A DNA stretch of 64,000 nt. Source: an uncultured cyanobacterium. GTDB taxonomy: Bacteria; Cyanobacteriota; Cyanobacteriia; Cyanobacteriales; Nostocaceae. Location: positions 640,001-704,000 of the forward strand of contig OY970166.1 of NCBI GenBank assembly GCA_963706595.1, written 5' to 3'. Both the position numbers and the translations under genes were made by a program. Numbering within the stretch: position 1 is the stretch's first letter; each line of letters starts with the position of its first letter. Positions 58,271 to 64,000 of the stretch are shown one piece after another. The notes beneath the pieces were generated by a model, which was not told the DNA's origin, did no database searches, and worked only from the letters and a program-made list of their open reading frames with translations.

Positions 58271-60826
58271 GTGACCCAGGAATTTCACATTTCCGTAACC
58301 CCAGTAGGGCAGAATGACTACTTGGTGCGGACGGAACAAGTCGCGCCTGGGGTGCCATTGGCAGAAGAACTGGTAACTTGGCCTGTAGCTGAGTGGTTGG
58401 CATCTGCTGGAAATCTCATGAATGACCCACTAAAATCAGTGTTGCAGGGAGAAGCTGTTGCGAGAAACTCTGTTAATCTGGTGGCGTTGGGACAGCAATT
58501 TTACAATGCACTTTTTCAAGGCACTCTCAGAGACAGTTGGATCACTGCCCAAGGTATTGCCCAGAACCACCAACAATTACTGCGCCTACGTTTAGGGCTA
58601 AAAGATATCAGGTTAGCACGTCTGCCGTGGGAAGTGATGCACGCAGGCGATCGCCCTCTGGCTACTGGCCCTTATATTGCTTTTTCTCGCTACCAAAGCG
58701 GAATCATGCCAACATCTCGTTTACCATCGAGAAACAGACCAACACTACCAGACACTGGTGGAGTGAAAGTCTTGATGGTGTTGGCTTCCCCTCCTGACCA
58801 AGTTCGCCTCGATTTGCTCAAACAAGAAGCTATTAACCTCCAAGCTGAACTTCAGCGTCAAACCTCACAAACTGACGAAAGTGGCAATCATTCTCCAGAT
58901 ATTGAACTCACCCTGCTAGATCAACCAGGGCGCGAAGAATTAACGCAAGCTTTAGAACAAGGAAGATACCAAGTTCTACACTACTCCGGTCATAGTAACT
59001 TAGGTCCAAATGGCGGACAGATTTATCTTGTCAGTAGAAGAACTGGCTTGACGGAAACTCTGAGTGGTGATGATTTAGCCGGCTTGCTGGTTAATAATAA
59101 TATTCAAATGGCTGTGTTTAATTCTTGTTGGGGAGCATACACGGCTACATCTGACCCCGTGGGAGATATGACGGGTGAACGTAACTTAACAGAAAGCCTA
59201 GTCAGACGCGGCATTAGGGGCGTTTTGGCTATGTCAGAACGAATTCCCGATGAAGTAGCGCTCACATTGACACAATTGTTTTACCGCAACCTCAGCCAGG
59301 GATATCCGGTGGATTTGTGTGTCAGTCGGGTACGTCAGGGACTAATTTCTGCTTATGGTTCTCACCAGAGTTACTGGGCGTTACCGATTCTATATCTCCA
59401 ACAAGATTTTGACGGTCTGTTATTTCCAGAAATATCTTTAAGTGCAGACTCACTCAATGGGTATAGTCATCATCGCCCTTTGAGGGCAAATCCTACTGCG
59501 ATGTATTTTGCCATGGCAGATGATACCGATACATCTTTACCCATTGATGACATGATTCCTTCTGGCTTCGGTCATGATTCTTCAGGGCTAGACTGGTTAG
59601 GTGAAGAAACCTGGGGCGATTTAGTTGATGAAATTGAGTCTGATGATGACCCTCACTATGCAGAAGATTCGGCTTTAGTTTCGGATCTGTTTCGTCAGCT
59701 AGATAGCCAAAAAGCAGCAAATGAGCAACTAGCGCTGCATCGGGGAGTTGTGCAACCGATTAGAGATAACCAACTTCTTGAAGATCCGGTTGCGGAAGAT
59801 ATTGCTGCCTTGGATCAACAAGTAGAATTATGGGGAGAAATACCAGAAATCTTAACTGAAGCTACTCGAAGTTTTACCGAGAATAGAAGTAATTACCCTT
59901 TAGGCAAATCATCGCCACCAGCCCCATCAAGTCCTCGGCCTCGTACCCGTGAACAACTGCGACCCCTTGTCGGTCTGATCTCCAGTGCGTTAACGTTCGC
60001 GCAGCGTTCCGCCGGAAAGCTTACCGTAGGTTTCGCGATTATTTTTGGCTTGGCTTGGTGGTGGCAAAATCGACAAGGATTATCTTTACCTGACATACCG
60101 CCAATTCCTACCCAGTCTCGAATCCAGAAAAGTCAACCAGAAACGGATATTACACAGGCTGCTACTGGAATTGTGGCCGCTAAGGCTACAGAAAAAATCA
60201 GCCAGGGCGACTTACAAGCAGGTCTGGTAGCGGTAGAAGAACTGCTCAATCGTGGTGCGCTATCGGCTGCTGAAGCTTCACTGAATTTAGTTCCGCAAAA
60301 CCAACTCAATGATCCATCTGTTAACTTTTTTAAAGGGCGATTAGCGTGGCAGTTCGTCTCAACTGAAGATAAAAAATACAGCATTGATGATGCTCGCCGT
60401 TATTGGGAAAGTGCTGTGAAATCTCAGCCGGATTCGCTGTTATATAATAATGCGTTGGGATTTGCCTACTATGCAGAAAATAATTTAAATCGAGCTAATA
60501 ACTCTTGGTTTAAGGCTTTGGATTTAGCTCTCAAACAGCAAAATACAGCTTCTACTGAAGTAGTAGCGATCAATTCGCAACTGTCTCAGGAAGCTTTAAT
60601 TTCTTATGCTGGTTTAGCTTTAGGGCTGTATACATCTGCATCTAGTCAACCTGCTAGTGATAAACAAAGGCAATATCTGAATGAAGCTATCAAGTTGAGA
60701 CAAACGGTAATCACTAATGAGCCGGTAAATTTCCAGGTCAATCAATTGAGTAAGAATTGGTTGTGGTCAGAAAAGGCAATTGAAAACTGGCGATCGCTGC
60801 TTCAGGAAAAAGTTGAGAAAAAATGA
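58271..60826 (+). CDS. hetF: Heterocyst differentiation / cell division protease HetF (CHAT domain)
   Basis: MTQEFHISVTPVGQNDYLVRTEQVAPGVPLAEE N-terminus; CHAT dyad LHYSGHS / VFNSC; TM and C-terminal TPR-like region; NsiR1 array upstream. Confidence 0.95.
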   Translation: MTQEFHISVTPVGQNDYLVRTEQVAPGVPLAEELVTWPVAEWLASAGNLMNDPLKSVLQGEAVARNSVNLVALGQQFYNALFQGTLRDSWITAQGIAQNHQQLLRLRLGLKDIRLARLPWEVMHAGDRPLATGPYIAFSRYQSGIMPTSRLPSRNRPTLPDTGGVKVLMVLASPPDQVRLDLLKQEAINLQAELQRQTSQTDESGNHSPDIELTLLDQPGREELTQALEQGRYQVLHYSGHSNLGPNGGQIYLVSRRTGLTETLSGDDLAGLLVNNNIQMAVFNSCWGAYTATSDPVGDMTGERNLTESLVRRGIRGVLAMSERIPDEVALTLTQLFYRNLSQGYPVDLCVSRVRQGLISAYGSHQSYWALPILYLQQDFDGLLFPEISLSADSLNGYSHHRPLRANPTAMYFAMADDTDTSLPIDDMIPSGFGHDSSGLDWLGEETWGDLVDEIESDDDPHYAEDSALVSDLFRQLDSQKAANEQLALHRGVVQPIRDNQLLEDPVAEDIAALDQQVELWGEIPEILTEATRSFTENRSNYPLGKSSPPAPSSPRPRTREQLRPLVGLISSALTFAQRSAGKLTVGFAIIFGLAWWWQNRQGLSLPDIPPIPTQSRIQKSQPETDITQAATGIVAAKATEKISQGDLQAGLVAVEELLNRGALSAAEASLNLVPQNQLNDPSVNFFKGRLAWQFVSTEDKKYSIDDARRYWESAVKSQPDSLLYNNALGFAYYAENNLNRANNSWFKALDLALKQQNTASTEVVAINSQLSQEALISYAGLALGLYTSASSQPASDKQRQYLNEAIKLRQTVITNEPVNFQVNQLSKNWLWSEKAIENWRSLLQEKVEKK

Positions 60827-60871
60827 GGGAGAACTATGATATAATCTCCCTCATCCTTAAGTGACTGAAGT

Positions 60872-61432
60872 TTAAGAGGCTGAGGACGACTGCAATTTTT
60901 CAAGTTGCGCCAGCACTTCTGCACTGTGGACTGATGGGTTAACTTTCACAAAAGTTTCACGCAAAATTCCTTCGGGATCGATGATAAAACTATGGCGCAT
61001 CGAGACCACACCGATCCAAGAACCATAAGCTTTACTCACCGCGCCAGTGGTATCAGCTAATAGGGGAAATTTTAGCCCCTCTGAATCACAAAATTCGGCG
61101 TGGGAATCAATATCATCAGCACTCACACCAATAATCTGCACGTTTTTGTCGATGTATTTGGGTAAGTCTTGCTGAAAACGACGAGCTTCAATTGTACAGC
61201 CAGAGGTAAAGTCTTTGGGATAAAAGTAGAGAACTACCCACTTACCGCGCCAGTCAGAGAGAGAACTCTGTCCATCACCTGTGTTGGTGGGTAATGTAAA
61301 CTCTGGTGCAGGCTGATTGATTGCCGGCAGTTTACCACCCATAGCATGAGCAGCAGGGGTGAGATGCAACCAACTGATGACAGCAAAACAGCTGACAAGT
61401 AATATATTTAAAAAATTGCGCCGAGAAATCAT
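60872..61432 (-). CDS. prxQ: Peroxiredoxin Q/BCP with a Tat signal
   Basis: MISRRNFL signal; VLYFYPKDFTSGCTIEA, IIGVSAD, FPLLAD. Confidence 0.9.
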   Translation of the reverse strand: MISRRNFLNILLVSCFAVISWLHLTPAAHAMGGKLPAINQPAPEFTLPTNTGDGQSSLSDWRGKWVVLYFYPKDFTSGCTIEARRFQQDLPKYIDKNVQIIGVSADDIDSHAEFCDSEGLKFPLLADTTGAVSKAYGSWIGVVSMRHSFIIDPEGILRETFVKVNPSVHSAEVLAQLEKLQSSSAS

Positions 61433-61464
61433 GGTGAAAACCAAAATTATAACTTTACACAAGT

Positions 61465-61731
61465 TTACAATTTTTGGTCGCCCTCTTGTCCTTCCAAATC
61501 AGATTCGGGGGGTGTATCTGTGCTTTCAATATATTGACTATCCAAAAGAAATTTGCCTTTCGCAAAGTGTATACCCCAATATCCTCCAGGGCGGCGATCA
61601 AGGACTGTTCCTTCTTCCCCTAAGCAAATCACATCTGGGGGGCGGAGCATGGGCATAGGATCTGCGGTTTTGACGTAGGGTGGTAGTGCTACAAGTTTGA
61701 CTTTACTACCAATGGTGAATTCTTGAGACAT
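61465..61731 (-). CDS. sipA: NblS-interacting regulatory protein SipA
   Basis: PPYVKTADPMPMLRPPD...EEGTVLDRRPGGYWGIHF..GKFLLD; start at ATG 61731. Confidence 0.88.
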   Translation of the reverse strand: MSQEFTIGSKVKLVALPPYVKTADPMPMLRPPDVICLGEEGTVLDRRPGGYWGIHFAKGKFLLDSQYIESTDTPPESDLEGQEGDQKL

Positions 61732-61934
61732 CTTAATTAAGCTAGGAGTTTTAATTAACTCATAACTCATAATTCCTCATTTTTACTAGCTATTGATCTA
61801 ATTTTTGATTCGATGTGCTGGAAATATTAAAGGGAAAAGGGTTGGTATAATTCCCCCTAATCCCTGATTCTGCAAGCAGTCTGATCAAAATTATTGCGGA
61901 TGAACAGTGAAATTTGGGATTATTGGGAATTGCG

Positions 61935-62417
61935 TTACTGACGGCGCGATTTCATATTTTCCTGCATTTCCTCTACTTGTTGACGTTGAGCAGGGGTAAG
62001 AATTGCCAGCATCTGTTGTTTAGATGATTCCCGGATTTGGCGCATTTGAGTTTTTTGTTGTTCAGTCAAATTTAAGTTAGCCCAACCCTTTGGTCCTCGT
62101 TGCCCTTGTCCTGGTTGTCCTGCTTGTCTTTGTGCTTGACGTGCTTCCTTTGCAGCTGCCAATGTTGCTTTTTGTTCTGGGGTAAGAATTGCCTCGATTT
62201 GGGCGCGGGTATTACTTTTAATGGTCTGCATTTGAGCTTTTTGGGCTTCTGTTAAATTCAAGCGTTGCCAAGGACCCCTTTCACCTTTTCCTCTTCCGGG
62301 CATTTGTGCCACTTGTAGCGGTGAAGAGGATCTCATTTGTGCTTGAACAGCAAAAGGTATGGCAGTTACAGTTAAGGCGATCGCTCCAGCTAACAATGAT
62401 AATGGTTTGAGTTTCAT
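61935..62417 (-). CDS. Spy/CpxP family periplasmic chaperone
   Basis: Signal peptide and four LTxxQ motifs. Confidence 0.9.
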   Translation of the reverse strand: MKLKPLSLLAGAIALTVTAIPFAVQAQMRSSSPLQVAQMPGRGKGERGPWQRLNLTEAQKAQMQTIKSNTRAQIEAILTPEQKATLAAAKEARQAQRQAGQPGQGQRGPKGWANLNLTEQQKTQMRQIRESSKQQMLAILTPAQRQQVEEMQENMKSRRQ

Positions 62418-62480
62418 AGCGGCGCTCGTGTAGTTTCTTGGTTAGATGTCACTATCATAGGAAATCTCCAATTACAGTGA

Positions 62481-62522
62481 CATGAGGATAAAGTCACGAT
62501 TACACCCGTGACTAAAGTCATG
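62481..62522. promoter_or_regulatory. Candidate NarL/LuxR-type operator between spy and the kinase gene
   Basis: Palindrome CGTGAC-TAAA-GTCATG (62507-62522) and a related CATGAGGATAAAGTCACG (62481-62498). Confidence 0.55.
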
Positions 62523-62612
62523 AACAATGATGCCAAATGTGACTGGTAATTGCCTATAAACTACAGTAAACATATAAATTATTTGCACCCTAATAATATA
62601 ATTATAAATCCT

Positions 62613-63827
62613 ATGAGTCGTCCTATTCAAATTAACAATCATCCTTTTCGGTTTTTGCTGTATTTGGAATGGGTATTACTAGCGATCGCGGTTTTGACGG
62701 CTGCACTACCATCTCCTTCTCCACGGTTTAATGCTAGGTTCCCTGAACTGACTATTTGTAGTCTGATTATCTTTGGGTTAATGGGTTTACGATTACCTAC
62801 CAATAACTACTTTAATAAATTATTTTATACAGCTTGCCAAATTTTATTGATTGTCACCACTGGATTTTTTGGGGGGAGAATTGCCAGACTTTTCCCGTTT
62901 CTCTACATAATTTTAGTAACTCGTAGTTGCCTAATTTTTCAATTGCCTGGGCGGTTGTTAGTAACAATGATATCTTTTAGTTTATTTTTGCTCACACTCA
63001 GATATCGCCTATTTAAATCGCCTCTCTCGTTATCGTCTCACGCACAAGAACGCTTTCGGTTTTTTCCCCTCAGCTTGGCGTTGATATTCGGCTTAAGTTT
63101 AATTTTCATCTTACTATTAATGAATGCCGTGATATCTGAACGTCAAAGTCGAGAAAAATTAGCTGTTGCTAATGAAAAACTGCGCCAATATACTTTGAGG
63201 ATTGAAAATCAGGCTACTTTAGAAGAACGCAACCGGATTGCTAGAGAAATACATGATTCATTAGGACACTCTTTAACAGCTTTAAATTTGCAATTGGAAA
63301 CTGCTTTAAAGTTATGGCAATCTAACCCAGCTAAAGCCCAAGTATTTTTAGCCAGAGCGAAAGAACTTGGTTCAAAATCGCTGAATGATGTTCGCCATTC
63401 TGTTTCTACTATGCGTTATAATCCTTTGCAAGGACAGACTTTAGAACAAGCGATCGCTATTCTTTTAAAAGATTTTCAACGCTCAAATAGCATTTCAGCA
63501 ATTTGCCGCATTAATCTAGAATATTCTCTAGCATCTGACGTGATTATATCTATTTACAGAATTGTCCAAGAATCATTGACAAATATTTCTAAATATGCTG
63601 AAGCGTCAGAAGTAAAAATAGAAATCACGACAACTAAAGGAAGTTTCTGCTTAACAATTCAAGACAATGGCAAGGGTTTTGATATCATGCAAAACACCAC
63701 TGGTTTTGGACTTCAAAGTATGCGCGATCGCACCTTAGCATTGGGAGGCGAATTTAAGATTAATAGTCATCCCGGTTCTGGTTGCCAAATTATAGTTGAT
63801 ATTCCCTTATTGAGCTTGAGTAGATGA
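62613..63827 (+). CDS. Membrane sensor histidine kinase (HisKA_3, NarX/DesK-like)
   Basis: [45 protein letters not shown]; start taken at ATG 62613. Confidence 0.93.
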   Translation: MSRPIQINNHPFRFLLYLEWVLLAIAVLTAALPSPSPRFNARFPELTICSLIIFGLMGLRLPTNNYFNKLFYTACQILLIVTTGFFGGRIARLFPFLYIILVTRSCLIFQLPGRLLVTMISFSLFLLTLRYRLFKSPLSLSSHAQERFRFFPLSLALIFGLSLIFILLLMNAVISERQSREKLAVANEKLRQYTLRIENQATLEERNRIAREIHDSLGHSLTALNLQLETALKLWQSNPAKAQVFLARAKELGSKSLNDVRHSVSTMRYNPLQGQTLEQAIAILLKDFQRSNSISAICRINLEYSLASDVIISIYRIVQESLTNISKYAEASEVKIEITTTKGSFCLTIQDNGKGFDIMQNTTGFGLQSMRDRTLALGGEFKINSHPGSGCQIIVDIPLLSLSR

Positions 63828-64000
63828 TTAAAGTTTTATTAGTAGATGACCAAAACTTAATTCGTCAAGGATTAAAAGCATTATTAGAACTAGAAGCAGA
63901 TTTAGAAATCATAGGTGAAGCAGAAAATGGCGAACAAGCAATTAAGTTGAGTGAACAACTACAACCTGATGTCATTCTCATGGATATCAGGATGCCGATC
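63824..64000 (+). CDS. NarL-family response regulator (5' part, runs off the window)
   Basis: ATGA overlap with the kinase stop; [36 protein letters not shown]...[11 protein letters not shown]. Confidence 0.92.
   Translation, partial: MIKVLLVDDQNLIRQGLKALLELEADLEIIGEAENGEQAIKLSEQLQPDVILMDIRMPI

Overview
This window is from a heterocyst-forming cyanobacterium (Nostocales). The evidence is frequent HIP1 GCGATCGC sites, hetF with its NsiR1 array, STRR heptamer repeats, glnB, sipA and ftrC. Most of it is housekeeping: bicA (partial), glk, a TRAP transporter, pyrF-pyrE, era, a carotenoid oxygenase, lptA/lptB/lptF-G, ftrC, a CheB-CheR-hybrid kinase cluster, glnB, thiD, a subtilase, prxQ, sipA, and spy next to a NarX/NarL-type pair. 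The intergenic spaces are full of MITE/REP/SDR-type repeats. Five things stand out. (1) A two-gene unit (9237-5826, minus) encodes a small EACC1-like protein and a CHAT protease-STAND NTPase-FGE-sulfatase (CLec) protein. The last ~130 nt of the large gene look like a DGR variable region, but no reverse transcriptase is in the window. (2) An expanded NsiR1 sRNA array lies upstream of hetF, with ~19 copies, 14 of them near-identical 115/123-bp units. (3) An orphan HEARO/IscB-omegaRNA-like sequence at ~55484 has no nuclease gene. (4) An apparently intact IS605-type tnpA/tnpB element is present. (5) Nested miniature mobile elements rewrite gene ends and supply a ribosome-binding site. All calls come from reading the sequence; no database searches were run.
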